Below, piece after piece: positions 1 to 9,377 of a DNA stretch of 64,000 nt. The DNA comes from a virus (Duplodnaviria > Caudoviricetes). The translations under genes and the position numbers were made by a program. The DNA lies in the IMG/VR virus record IMGVR_UViG_3300028048_000110, positions 1-64,000 of that record; one strand, 5' to 3'. Under the pieces are notes generated by a model. That model was not told the DNA's origin, made no database searches, and saw only the letters and a program-made list of their open reading frames with translations. Each line of letters begins with the position of its first letter. Within the stretch, counting starts at the first letter, position 1.

Positions 1-1
1 T

Positions 2-187
2 GAGCCATACAAGCACTGCTTCTTTGTCAATGCAGCTTGGCTAGACAAAATGTATCTAGAAAACAAAGACAGGCAGATCAAGCTGTCAAACTCTGGAGAC
101 CCTGGAATGAAGTTTGACATAGATGAAGCGTTTAAAGCAAAGCAAGCATATGAGATTGACTTGTCTGAAGCTAAGCTTAAGAGATAA
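2..187 (+). CDS. Partial hypothetical protein (5' end outside window)
   Basis: Open frame from base 2: EPYKHCFFV...YEIDLSEAKLKR, TAA at 185-187. Confidence 0.6.
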   Translation, partial: EPYKHCFFVNAAWLDKMYLENKDRQIKLSNSGDPGMKFDIDEAFKAKQAYEIDLSEAKLKR

Positions 188-238
188 GCATACATGCATA
201 GCTTGCTATAAAGTTTTTGATATAGATAGTCTAGATTT

Positions 239-247
239 TGATACAAT
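239..247 (+). promoter_or_regulatory. Early-type extended -10 promoter TGATACAAT
   Basis: TGRTAVAAT-like copies upstream of TAG-free genes: 239, 828, 3434, 3783, 5407, 9296, 10942 (+) and 46324 (-). Confidence 0.7.
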
Positions 248-417
248 AGTGCTGCAGCAGACAGTAAAGAACATCTAGAAAAATGTTCTAGAATTTGATG
301 TCTAACTAGCTAAAGCACGGAACAAAAGACAAAAAAGACTATGAAAACATCAACATCTATAGGCAGACTTCTTGATGCAAGAGCCTAGAACATGTGAAAT
401 GAAAAAATGAACTTGAT

Positions 418-798
418 ATGTTTAACGAACTATTGACATGCAGTAGACTGCTGGACATGGTTGCTAGAAAGTTGGGGCATGATTGGCTGCTGTTGACGTC
501 TGAGACTTGGTCAGGCAAAGAGAAGTCATGCAATGCTGTCTTTGGGCACTACGACAACTACAGCACTGTTGCGCTTGAAGCTAATGGCATGCCGGTGCTG
601 CTCAAGAGTGTAGATGCTGAAGGCTGCCCTAGAAGCAATGATGACATGTACTACGAGCTAGTTGAGCTGATGTACAAGACTCTAGAGAGTGGTGGAAAGC
701 TGTCTGATGGCAAAAGTGAAGTGGATGCATCCATGGTCCCTGAGTTCATGATTGAGTACGCCTTGAATGGAATTGGCTGCCTAGAGAATAAAGAATAG
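418..798 (+). CDS. Hypothetical early protein with weak terminal-motif resemblance (SMVPEFMIEYAL)
   Basis: 126-aa ORF downstream of extended -10 at 239-247; ends in TAG with backup TAA at 811-813. Confidence 0.7.
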   Translation: MFNELLTCSRLLDMVARKLGHDWLLLTSETWSGKEKSCNAVFGHYDNYSTVALEANGMPVLLKSVDAEGCPRSNDDMYYELVELMYKTLESGGKLSDGKSEVDASMVPEFMIEYALNGIGCLENKE

Positions 799-862
799 AC
801 ATGCACAGTATAAGATATAGCAGCATGTGGTACAATAGTGCTGTTGTAGACAGAAAGAGAAA

Positions 863-2053
863 TTGAAGATGAAGACAATGCTAATTGCAAAATGCGAACA
901 TTGTGGTGCTATTGAGCAAGCAGCAGATTCATATGCTGGCAAGGCGCTGGAACATGAATGTAGACATGATGTTGTTGTATCTGTTCTAAAACCAAAAAAT
1001 CAAATTATGAAAGTAAAGCACATACTTACTGCAAGCATTGTTCTTTTGTTTGCTACTGCTAATGCACGTCTTGTAAGTGAAATTGACAAAGACATTGCAA
1101 AACTTCGCAATGAAGCAACAGCATTGCAGAAAAATCCTATTGTTGTATGGGGCTCAAAGCAAGAAAAACTGAGTCCTGAACAAAAGAAAGCAACATCTAG
1201 ATACAACATAAACTTAGCCCAAGCTAAAGAACGCAAGAACTACAAGTCTAAGATTGTCATAACATTGAATCCAGAATATGTTTGTTCTGTGCATAAGCTA
1301 GTTTATGAGAATGGACGAGCAGCATGTCCATCTGACTGCAAGTCTATATCTAGAATAGGGACGTCAAACTTCTGCAATCTAGGAAGCCAGTACGACTTGA
1401 GCTTCAGAACATGGAACTTACTCAAAGACAAGATGCCTGAAGGCGAAGCACAGGAGAAGCGGCTTAAAGAGATCGAGCAAGAGATAAGAGCTTTGCGCGA
1501 TGAGAAGCTAGAAGCTGAAGGCAAAAAGGTTAAGAAGCAGAGAGCTCAAAATGAAAATGCAGCAGAAGAGAAGAAAGAAGATGGCGCTAAGCCACAACCA
1601 AAAAGCTGCAAGATATATGACTTAGACGTAGTAGGCTTGAAGGTCTTTGGAAGAGATGTCAATGAGTTTGCTGCTGACATAGTCAAACTTGGAGGAAAGG
1701 TTCTTCCAACCAAGATCTCTAGAAATGACACGACATATATCAAGGCGGTAGTCTTGCCTAAGGGGAAAGAGTTTCTTGGAATTTTTGACGAGTTAGACAT
1801 CAATGTCAACTCTAAGAATGAGATATATGGGCTGAGGTTTCATGCTAGACAGAGAATTGCTAGCAAGCAAAATGACTTAGTGAAGCTCGAGGCTTGGTTG
1901 TGGCAAGTAGGTCTAGACAAGCAAAAAGGCTTTCGAAAGCACTTGTATGCAAATGCTCATGGCTACTGGACAGATGACATGTATGTAGGTGTTGGCATTT
2001 CTGTGTATGCATGGCTGTTTGTTGACTTTGTAAGAGAAGACATGGAGAAATGA
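863..2053 (+). CDS. Putative exported coiled-coil protein; alternative start at 1007 gives a signal peptide
   Basis: 396-aa ORF; MKVKHILTASIVLLFATANA at 1007 resembles a Sec signal; charged coiled-coil centre. Confidence 0.7.
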   Translation: MKMKTMLIAKCEHCGAIEQAADSYAGKALEHECRHDVVVSVLKPKNQIMKVKHILTASIVLLFATANARLVSEIDKDIAKLRNEATALQKNPIVVWGSKQEKLSPEQKKATSRYNINLAQAKERKNYKSKIVITLNPEYVCSVHKLVYENGRAACPSDCKSISRIGTSNFCNLGSQYDLSFRTWNLLKDKMPEGEAQEKRLKEIEQEIRALRDEKLEAEGKKVKKQRAQNENAAEEKKEDGAKPQPKSCKIYDLDVVGLKVFGRDVNEFAADIVKLGGKVLPTKISRNDTTYIKAVVLPKGKEFLGIFDELDINVNSKNEIYGLRFHARQRIASKQNDLVKLEAWLWQVGLDKQKGFRKHLYANAHGYWTDDMYVGVGISVYAWLFVDFVREDMEK

Positions 2054-2078
2054 GAGCTTAGACAAGAAAAGAATAGAC

Positions 2079-2675
2079 ATGAAAGCCGAAGAAAAGGAAA
2101 GGACACGAAATGACATGAAGCAAGTTGACATAGATCCAAAGTCAATAGACCTTGAAGAGGCATATTGCATGTGCAGCCATATGCGTGAGTACTTTCCTCC
2201 TGAGAATGAAGGAAAGCAGCTTACATACAAGTCTAGTGGCTTTCCTCTTGTCATTGACTTTGATGAGCTAGACAAGATAGAGCCTCCAGCTGGATATGCA
2301 CTGAACAAGGCAAGACGCAACATTGAGATCAGGATATCAACATTCAGTGGATACTGTCCTGGTGCAAAGCACTACTACTGCGACTTGAAGTTTGAAGGTC
2401 CTACACTCAGAGATGAGAAAGATGGATTCACATACTCTTTTGGCAAGCCAAGGGACACAGAAGTTGGGAAAATATTTGGGTTCCACAACGTAGAGCTGTA
2501 CAGGCGTCTTACAGAAAAGGACTTAGCAGACAAGAACATCGACTGGGACTACTATGACGTTGGATACATGACTCACAGGTGGAACAATGTGAAGAATGCC
2601 ATTGCATGCGCAAAGAAAGTCATAAAGCTGCGATTCAAGAACTATGGCAAGATAACAATTATCAACAATGCATGA
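2079..2675 (+). CDS. Hypothetical protein
   Basis: 198-aa ORF with AG-rich leader and ATGA overlap with the next gene. Confidence 0.8.
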   Translation: MKAEEKERTRNDMKQVDIDPKSIDLEEAYCMCSHMREYFPPENEGKQLTYKSSGFPLVIDFDELDKIEPPAGYALNKARRNIEIRISTFSGYCPGAKHYYCDLKFEGPTLRDEKDGFTYSFGKPRDTEVGKIFGFHNVELYRRLTEKDLADKNIDWDYYDVGYMTHRWNNVKNAIACAKKVIKLRFKNYGKITIINNA

Positions 2676-2941
2676 AAGAGAATTCTATGGAAAACAAGTC
2701 TAAAGTGAGCCCTTTGACAGTTGATGGCCATTGGTTTGTGCATTTCAGAGCAGGAATAGATGCTGATAGTCCAAAGATTGAAGGAAGCAAAGTTGTAGAG
2801 ATTACAGGCACATTTGACAGTGATGAGTTTCTAACATTGTTGTCTAACAAAGTGTTTGACTCATTATCAAAAGACGCAAAGAATTTGATTTCTAAAAATA
2901 ACTTAGCATTAATAATCAGGTCTTTAAGCAAGCTAGATTGA
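2672..2941 (+). CDS. Hypothetical protein
   Basis: In frame with track ORF 2579-2941; ATG at 2672 overlaps the previous stop. Confidence 0.6.
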   Translation: MKENSMENKSKVSPLTVDGHWFVHFRAGIDADSPKIEGSKVVEITGTFDSDEFLTLLSNKVFDSLSKDAKNLISKNNLALIIRSLSKLD

Positions 2942-3026
2942 AAAGCTAATGGGAAAAGAGCATGAGACATATCTGAAGCTCAAGCAGAAGTATGAAGCTG
3001 GAGAAGATGACTGAAGAGACACTGCT

Positions 3027-3371
3027 ATGGTTGGCCTTGAAGATCTAGACAGTCTTAGCTTTTCAACAGTCAAGAGACTTCTAGAGAGAATATGCAAGTC
3101 CTTAGGCTTCAGACTCTTTCATTGTCCAATTTCATTTGCACCAGTTTACATTTGTTGGCACTTAGATGCTGGTGATGTTCGCAATGCTGTCTTCCTTGAA
3201 GGGCATAATCGAGATGACTTCCGGACAGCTAAAGATCTTCTTAGAGGAATTCTTGCAGTTAAAGCCTTCAAGCTCAGGTCTTTAGATACAGGTGAAGAGA
3301 AGATAATTCCAAATCCATTTTGCGGCTTGGATATCTCAGCCTTGAAGATCAAGCTTGATCTTCTAGCCTAA
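3027..3371 (+). CDS. Array protein (C-term NPFCGLDISALKIKLDLLA)
   Basis: 114 aa; terminal motif; N-helix VKRLLERICKSLGFRL. Confidence 0.85.
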   Translation: MVGLEDLDSLSFSTVKRLLERICKSLGFRLFHCPISFAPVYICWHLDAGDVRNAVFLEGHNRDDFRTAKDLLRGILAVKAFKLRSLDTGEEKIIPNPFCGLDISALKIKLDLLA

Positions 3372-3448
3372 GATTTTCTCTAGTAGACAGCCTTAGCATT
3401 TCCTAAGATCTTAGTTTCAAAAAGCCTAAGATTTGATATGATGTTAGC

Positions 3449-3754
3449 ATGAGATATGGATTGCGTAGAGAAGTTGAGAGGATGATGAAGCTCTTAGGTA
3501 AAAGTCCTTGGCGTCTTGTGCTTACTAAGAATCTTTCAGATTGTAAATTCAGATATAGGCTTGTTGACTGCTCTCAATTTGCTAGAACCATAGTTGTTGA
3601 AGGAATTGGAGCAAACAAGAAGGAAGCCCTGGAGAATCTTCTAGAGACATGGAGAGGTGAACAAACAGAGCTAGAGTGCCCAGCGAGATCTAGAGAAGAG
3701 CTGGAGATAAAGCTGGCGCTTCTAGAAATAGATGAGAAGAAAAAGAAGAAGTAG
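3449..3754 (+). CDS. Array protein (RSREELEIKLALL)
   Basis: 101 aa; promoter at 3434-3442; TAG stop with backup TGA at 3764-3766. Confidence 0.85.
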   Translation: MRYGLRREVERMMKLLGKSPWRLVLTKNLSDCKFRYRLVDCSQFARTIVVEGIGANKKEALENLLETWRGEQTELECPARSREELEIKLALLEIDEKKKKK

Positions 3755-3797
3755 TTGGATTTCTGAACTGAAGCCTAAGACTTGGTAAAATATTGCT

Positions 3798-4256
3798 ATG
3801 GAAGAAGACAAGTCATTTGCAGTGCCAACCTACAAGAAAGTCCAGATCTTCAAGTGGCTAGTGAAGAAGCACAACTGCACAGTTGGCTTTGAGCATGACT
3901 TCTTCTGGAAAGACCGCAAGAAAAAGACGAAGACTTGGCTTGCTACACCAAAGCTGTCTAGGAATGGAAAAGACTTTGTGCTCTGTGTAGTTAGCAAAGA
4001 GTTTCCAACTGCAGTCCTGTCTGTCAACCTTCCTAGCAAGCATGCAACTTTGTCTTATGCAGATGTGCTTGATGCTCTGCTAGACAAGATCAAGAAAGCT
4101 GGAAGTGACTGCTGGCTAGGATTTGGTAGTTGGCCTTACACAAGAGCAGAAGTCTTCTTGCCTAAAGACACCACCTTAGAAGAGCTGTGCATTGAGTTTG
4201 ACTTAGCGTGGAGAGATTCATTCAAGCATCTTCTCACCAGAAAGCCTAAGAACTGA
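3798..4256 (+). CDS. Array protein (TTLEELCIEFDLA); paralogue of 13708-14202
   Basis: 152 aa; promoter at 3783-3791. Confidence 0.85.
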   Translation: MEEDKSFAVPTYKKVQIFKWLVKKHNCTVGFEHDFFWKDRKKKTKTWLATPKLSRNGKDFVLCVVSKEFPTAVLSVNLPSKHATLSYADVLDALLDKIKKAGSDCWLGFGSWPYTRAEVFLPKDTTLEELCIEFDLAWRDSFKHLLTRKPKN

Positions 4257-4264
4257 GAAGAAGG

Positions 4265-4636
4265 ATGAAATACAAAAAAGAGAACAAGCTCACTAAGGCT
4301 AGAGTCTTGAGAAAGTTTGTTGAGACACTTGACTTGAAGCTGGAGAAGGTGTCTTCTATTGCATCAACAGGTGGTAGTGTAAAATACTGGAGGCTAGTTC
4401 GAGATCGTAGCAGTGAGATTTGTCCACTCTATACGCCGAACTTCTTCAAGATCTATACATTTGGTTCACGAACAGTCATTTTAGACTTTCTCTTGAATGA
4501 CATTCCATGGTGGTACGAGAAATGGCCAGAGGGAAAAGTTGAATTTGTAAATCCACTATTTGGCTGCAAGACTTTAGAAGAAGCAATGATGAAGCTTGAC
4601 TTGCTAGATTCAAAAAAGCCTAAGAAAGGAAAATGA
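4265..4636 (+). CDS. Array protein (NPLFGCKTLEEAMMKLDLL)
   Basis: 123 aa; full motif. Confidence 0.9.
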   Translation: MKYKKENKLTKARVLRKFVETLDLKLEKVSSIASTGGSVKYWRLVRDRSSEICPLYTPNFFKIYTFGSRTVILDFLLNDIPWWYEKWPEGKVEFVNPLFGCKTLEEAMMKLDLLDSKKPKKGK

Positions 4637-4645
4637 GGCAAAGAG

Positions 4646-5386
4646 ATGAGCATCCAACCATCTTTAGATCTGCTAGATAAAATCTTCTTGAGAGCTAGAG
4701 AGAATGCAGTTAGAGCTGTTGGTGAAGACGTTCTAGCTGGCGCTGAAGTCTTCTTGAACTGGGTTGGTGGTAGATGGTGGGTTGAGTTGACTCTAAGCCA
4801 TTGCATTGCCGAGAAGTTCAACATATGGCTTTCACACGCAGAAAAAGCGCGTGATGTCTACTGTGAATTATGCCATGAGTTTGCTCGCTGGTGCCCGCCA
4901 ATTGACCGTGGCATGATGCCTTCTCAGCTGAATGGCCAAAGCAAATACTATCAACAGTTTCCAGAGTCTGTTGTCTGGCTCGGCCCGCTTGTCTCATTTG
5001 AAGACACTAGTAGAACACGAGCCGCCAGGGAGATCTTCAAGAAGCCTAAGGCAGTTGAGCTGCTTCTCTTAGGCTTCACCAACACTCAGCTCCAGGTGGT
5101 TGACAGTGCTGTCCACATAGAAGCAATGGCTGCAGCACATGCTAAGAACACGAAGATCACCGGCAAGCTGGAAGCTCTGCAGAAGAGAATGGCAGCAAGC
5201 ATGAAAGCAGGAGATCTCAGCAAGACTGAAGCTGCAAGTCTCGCAGCTAGCATGATATCAATGATGGACGAGAAAGAGAAAACTAGCAAGGAAGCAGATG
5301 ATGCTGGAAGAACTTTAGTTCCAGTGCTTCCTTTCTCAGCAGAGTCTCTTGAAGAGCTAGAGATGAAGTTTGATCTATTTTCCTAA
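4646..5386 (+). CDS. Array protein, long coiled-coil member (ESLEELEMKFDLFS)
   Basis: 246 aa; motif at extreme C-terminus. Confidence 0.85.
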   Translation: MSIQPSLDLLDKIFLRARENAVRAVGEDVLAGAEVFLNWVGGRWWVELTLSHCIAEKFNIWLSHAEKARDVYCELCHEFARWCPPIDRGMMPSQLNGQSKYYQQFPESVVWLGPLVSFEDTSRTRAAREIFKKPKAVELLLLGFTNTQLQVVDSAVHIEAMAAAHAKNTKITGKLEALQKRMAASMKAGDLSKTEAASLAASMISMMDEKEKTSKEADDAGRTLVPVLPFSAESLEELEMKFDLFS

Positions 5387-5413
5387 GACCTAAAAGCCTA
5401 AGATTTTGGTAGA

Positions 5414-5815
5414 ATGATGTCATGCAGAAAGAGAGAAGAGAAGGCAAAGAAAGAAGAAGACATGGCCGCTGTTGGAAAGAGCTTGAGAACCAGCACGATG
5501 CTAGACCCTATTTCACCTGAAGTTCTTGAGAGCAGCTTGCTCCTAGACCGTGCATTGAAGCAGCTAAGCCTTTTTCGTGAGTGGTGGCATGGGATCTGGC
5601 TTATCGTTGACAATTCTAAGCATCCATACAAGAGGCTAAGAGACTTCACTGATGAAGGTGCTCAGACAATCAACAGCTTAAGTGACTTTCTTGAGACTGA
5701 GTGCTTTGAACAACACAGCTTTGGCCAAAAGCAAGACTACAATATTGTCATGAACCCTTTCCACAGCATGTCTAAAGAAGAGCTAGCAGTCAAGCTTGAT
5801 CTTCTAGAAGCCTAA
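5414..5815 (+). CDS. Array protein (NPFHSMSKEELAVKLDLL)
   Basis: 133 aa; promoter at 5407-5415. Confidence 0.85.
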   Translation: MMSCRKREEKAKKEEDMAAVGKSLRTSTMLDPISPEVLESSLLLDRALKQLSLFREWWHGIWLIVDNSKHPYKRLRDFTDEGAQTINSLSDFLETECFEQHSFGQKQDYNIVMNPFHSMSKEELAVKLDLLEA

Positions 5816-5818
5816 GAA

Positions 5819-6154
5819 ATGATGATGAAGAAGAACAGCAAGCTAGACAAGATGAAGCTCCTCAAGAAAGCTCTAAAGCACCTTGGCCTTAAGCTGAGGT
5901 GGTGGGGAGCTGCAGGCTTTCGAGATGGAAAAGCCGGATTTCTGGCAGTTGATGACCACAACAATCTCTACATGTGGTACAAAGAGAGCTACTATGTTGA
6001 CGGCAACTACAAGATCTCTAAGCTAGAGGACTTCCTCTCAGCAAGATACTTTGAGCACTACAACGTAGTTAGGCACAACATAGAGAATCCTTTCTTTGGG
6101 CTGGCGCCTGAAGAGCTAGCAATAAAGCTTGACTTGCTGGAGGACGACCAGTGA
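5819..6154 (+). CDS. Array protein (NPFFGLAPEELAIKLDLL)
   Basis: 111 aa; N-helix LLKKALKHLGLKL. Confidence 0.9.
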   Translation: MMMKKNSKLDKMKLLKKALKHLGLKLRWWGAAGFRDGKAGFLAVDDHNNLYMWYKESYYVDGNYKISKLEDFLSARYFEHYNVVRHNIENPFFGLAPEELAIKLDLLEDDQ

Positions 6155-6594
6155 AAGACCCACATTTTGGAGAGACTAAGCCAATTGAAGTCCAAGACAG
6201 AGAAGAGGCATGCATAAGAAGAGTGTGCAAGCACTTCAATTGGACATGCGATGTTGCACCAAGTCCACTAGCTAGCAACTATGAAGCAATCAAGCTAAGA
6301 CCGAGAGAGTACATTGCTCTTGGCGATGAAAACACATCACTTAGGTGCCTTAGCCCTTCTAGAGGAGAAGCACACTCAACTTGGCTAGTGTTTGATGACT
6401 TTCTTGAGTGGCTTGATGTTGTTGAGTGGTTCAGCAGCAATGACTGGTTCAATTATTTCGGCGGTAAGCATTTTGGTGATGGCAAGTACTCTCCTTGGAC
6501 AGTCAGCAATCCATTCTTTGGAAGAGGGTTGAAGACAGTTGAAGAAGTTGAGATGTTTCTAGACTTGGTGGAGAGGCCACATAATGAGTCTTGA
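6151..6594 (+). CDS. Array protein (NPFFGRGLKTVEEVEMFLDLV)
   Basis: 147 aa; GTGA overlap with previous gene. Confidence 0.85.
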   Translation: MKDPHFGETKPIEVQDREEACIRRVCKHFNWTCDVAPSPLASNYEAIKLRPREYIALGDENTSLRCLSPSRGEAHSTWLVFDDFLEWLDVVEWFSSNDWFNYFGGKHFGDGKYSPWTVSNPFFGRGLKTVEEVEMFLDLVERPHNES

Positions 6595-7069
6595 GAGAAG
6601 AAAGACAGAGAAGTCTAGAGAGTGCACATGCAGAGACATGGCGAAAGTCTATGACATGATGTTCAACAACTGCCTAGCCGTGATACTAGAGATAGAGGCA
6701 GTTTACCCACAGACTAAGCAAGTAGACTTCGCTCTACTGTACTATGGCCCAAAGAAAGATGATGTTGGAAAAGAGGTGTGGATTGAGACTAGTGGCATGC
6801 ACATGGCGCTGCTACATACCACAGTAGACATGGATGTCTTGATGGCAGAGCTAGGCACATCTCTTCCACTGCAGCCAGCAAGTCTGCATGCTGTCCCTAA
6901 GGATGGCGCAGAGAAGACTAAGGCTGCTATTGGAGAAGCAGTTGCAAAGACCATAGAAGCGTGGGCACCACTGCCAACACGCATAGTTGGTGAGTTTGGC
7001 GATGACTTGCTAGTTAGTGCAAGCTCACTTGAAGAGCTGATGGTGATGAGCGACTTGCAGAGCAGTTGA
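6584..7069 (+). CDS. Array protein (ASSLEELMVMSDL); paralogue of 8481-8957
   Basis: 161 aa; shares PKDGAE..KA.IGEA with the 8481 ORF. Confidence 0.85.
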   Translation: MSLERRKTEKSRECTCRDMAKVYDMMFNNCLAVILEIEAVYPQTKQVDFALLYYGPKKDDVGKEVWIETSGMHMALLHTTVDMDVLMAELGTSLPLQPASLHAVPKDGAEKTKAAIGEAVAKTIEAWAPLPTRIVGEFGDDLLVSASSLEELMVMSDLQSS

Positions 7070-7135
7070 CTGCATAAGGCATGTTTAGATTCGCACGGCA
7101 CGTATTACAATAACACTAACTAGTAGAGGCACGCC

Positions 7136-7648
7136 ATGGCAAAGAAGAGCAAGAAGAATGCAACTAGAAGCACAAGTGCATTTCCATTTGCATCAATGCC
7201 AACAAGAGAGACTGCTGGAAAGACCCTCAAGATTCTTGCTAGAAAGCTTGGCAGAAAAGCATTTGCACTGCACTACTGTGCATCAAGCACACCGTCATTC
7301 ACGCTGTGCATTGCACGAGATGAGCACTATGCTGCTGAGCATGTGGTTCCATTGACATTTTCAAGTGGAAGTAGCTTTGAGCAAGGGAGAGAAGTCCGCA
7401 TGATGGATCTTGACATCATCTATCTCCATAGCCCTATCAAGTTCAAAGAGAGTGCTTTTTTGTCACTCGATGAATTTGCCTACTGGATGAGAAGAGACAT
7501 AGCAGACATTGAGCTGCGCGTGTGGGATGCCATAGTAAATGAGCTTTCACTAGATGCTGCGCATGGCCGCCCAACTAGAGTCTGGCAAGGGATGAAGTGG
7601 GTTGAAGTTGACCCTTGGGAGCTTGCAGTTGAAGCAGACTTGACTTGA
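7136..7648 (+). CDS. Array protein (DPWELAVEADLT)
   Basis: 170 aa; short form of the motif. Confidence 0.8.
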   Translation: MAKKSKKNATRSTSAFPFASMPTRETAGKTLKILARKLGRKAFALHYCASSTPSFTLCIARDEHYAAEHVVPLTFSSGSSFEQGREVRMMDLDIIYLHSPIKFKESAFLSLDEFAYWMRRDIADIELRVWDAIVNELSLDAAHGRPTRVWQGMKWVEVDPWELAVEADLT

Positions 7649-8055
7649 TGGATACCGTGTGCATGATTGAGAAGATGCTATATGCACTTGCTAGACTGCT
7701 TGGCAAGAAGACTAGAGATGATGAGGCTTTCTGCAGAAAGTGGGCAGGCATTGAGTCAAGAGACTATGTCTTTAGTGCCAGGCGTGAATGCATATGGGAG
7801 AAGCCATGGAAAGTTGAGTTCTATGACTTGCATCGTTGGAATGGAGACCGCTGCCATTGGAATAGCCATGACGTGGAAAGTGGAGATGGAATGTGCTTGA
7901 AAGAGGCATGGAAAGACATGGCACGAAGAATTGTTGAGCATGAGAGAGCTAGTTCAAGAGAAGAGGCATTGGTGAAAGCTGAGCTAGAAGCGCATAGAGA
8001 GCTGCCAAGAGGGTGGGGTAGAGAAGAAGCTGATGCTCACTGGCTAGTGGGTTGA
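7645..8055 (+). CDS. Hypothetical protein with weak motif (SSREEALVKAEL)
   Basis: 136 aa, Trp-rich, in operon. Confidence 0.7.
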   Translation: MMDTVCMIEKMLYALARLLGKKTRDDEAFCRKWAGIESRDYVFSARRECIWEKPWKVEFYDLHRWNGDRCHWNSHDVESGDGMCLKEAWKDMARRIVEHERASSREEALVKAELEAHRELPRGWGREEADAHWLVG

Positions 8056-8068
8056 GGAGGCTGAGAAG

Positions 8069-8488
8069 ATGGATGCAAAGAGCAAGAAGCTGTTAAAGAA
8101 GGTGCTACGAGCTGTTGGGCTAGTTCTTGACAAAAGCTGCAAGAAGTACTCAGCAAAGAGCTGGGACCCTAATGGAGAACTTCTGACAGTGAAGTCCTTG
8201 AAGTGCATTCGTGCAGAAGATGTTGAGAGCAAGAAGATGGCTGCAGCAGTGCACTTCATTGACAAAGACAGTGGAGACCTCTCTTGGAAGTTCTTTGCTG
8301 GAGCCTGGTATTTTGAAGATGAAGCCGAGATCATTGAGAAGCTTGGAGAGGCTAGAGAGTTCATGTGGCTAGATGATAGCAAGCTAGCAAACATCTCAAT
8401 TGCTGAAGATGTTTTGCGCTGGAATAACCCTCTCTTTGGGTGCAAGAGCCTTGAAGAGATGGCAATAAGGAGCGACTTAGATGCTTGA
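8069..8488 (+). CDS. Array protein (NPLFGCKSLEEMAIRSDL)
   Basis: 139 aa; full motif. Confidence 0.9.
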   Translation: MDAKSKKLLKKVLRAVGLVLDKSCKKYSAKSWDPNGELLTVKSLKCIRAEDVESKKMAAAVHFIDKDSGDLSWKFFAGAWYFEDEAEIIEKLGEAREFMWLDDSKLANISIAEDVLRWNNPLFGCKSLEEMAIRSDLDA

Positions 8489-8957
8489 CCGGTGCCTAAT
8501 GAAGAAGATCTATGACGCACTCTTTGGCAGGTTTGGTGCAGTAGAAGTCATGGTGCTAGACAGCTCTCCATGCACGAGCGAGCTTGAGTTCATTGTCATT
8601 CTCTACAACAGCAGTCGTGACTACAGTGAGTTTGGAAAGGATGTGTGGATTGGGCCTAGCAGGACATTGATGGCACAGCTTAGAGTAAAGATGCATGAAG
8701 ATGCCTTCAAAAGAGACCTTGGCCTCTTTTGCTCTGTGGAGCCAGCACACTGGTGGCAGCCAACATGTTGGTGGCACATCCTTCCAAGAGATGGCGCAGA
8801 TGAAGTCAAAGCTAGCATTGGAGAAGCAATAGTTGCTGCAGTCAAGCAGTGGGAGCCAAAGACAACATGGATCGCCAGTGGCAATGGCAAGGAACTGATA
8901 GCTATGGCAAGCTCACTTGAAGAGCTTCTAGTGCAAAGTGACTTGCGCAGTAGGTGA
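8481..8957 (+). CDS. Array protein (ASSLEELLVQSDL); paralogue of 6584-7069
   Basis: 158 aa. Confidence 0.85.
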   Translation: MLDRCLMKKIYDALFGRFGAVEVMVLDSSPCTSELEFIVILYNSSRDYSEFGKDVWIGPSRTLMAQLRVKMHEDAFKRDLGLFCSVEPAHWWQPTCWWHILPRDGADEVKASIGEAIVAAVKQWEPKTTWIASGNGKELIAMASSLEELLVQSDLRSR

Positions 8958-8970
8958 GAAAGGCAGAAAG

Positions 8971-9258
8971 ATGGACAAACTAGATGGAGAGAAGATAGAG
9001 CAGATGCTGAACTATCTTAAGTGGAAAACTGGCAAAGAGCTCTCACTCAAGGAGATCTTTGCGCTAGTCTACTTGGCAGACAGATACCATCTTAGAAAGT
9101 ATGGAATGACACTGATTAGAGGGCACTCTATTCCAGGTCCTGAAGGATACATGGCAGTTGATTCTTCTCTCCCTCCAATCAATCTTGATGTTGCTCACAG
9201 CTTGGGTCTGCACCCAGAAGACACAGAGAGGTTTCTCATCGAGCTAGACTTAGCATAA
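8971..9258 (+). CDS. Array protein with Panacea/SocA (DUF4065)-like N-terminal segment (DTERFLIELDLA)
   Basis: LVYLADRYHLRKYG resembles the DUF4065 KLLYFADRxHLxKYG motif; ATG at 8971 within track ORF 8938-9258. Confidence 0.6.
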   Translation: MDKLDGEKIEQMLNYLKWKTGKELSLKEIFALVYLADRYHLRKYGMTLIRGHSIPGPEGYMAVDSSLPPINLDVAHSLGLHPEDTERFLIELDLA

Positions 9259-9311
9259 GCTGCACATGCTTGTCGGTTTATCTAGTAGATAGGTGTGATA
9301 CTATAAAATCA

Positions 9312-9371
9312 TGGGCAAAGCACTGCTCAATAGCTGAGATGAAGATGCTACTTGATCTTAGAGGAGTGTGA
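9312..9371 (+). pseudogene. Orphan motif-only fragment (WAKHCSIAEMKMLLDLRGV*)
   Basis: Motif in frame with TGA at 9369-9371; no in-frame ATG upstream of the motif; a promoter at 9296-9304 overlies the frame. Confidence 0.55.
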
Positions 9372-9377
9372 AACCAC

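Noticed and set aside
2942-3013. Short frame MGKEHETYLKLKQKYEAGEDD as a frameshifted tail of the 2672 gene
   Set aside because: No slippery site is evident and it is too short to support; it could be a tiny ORF or chance.
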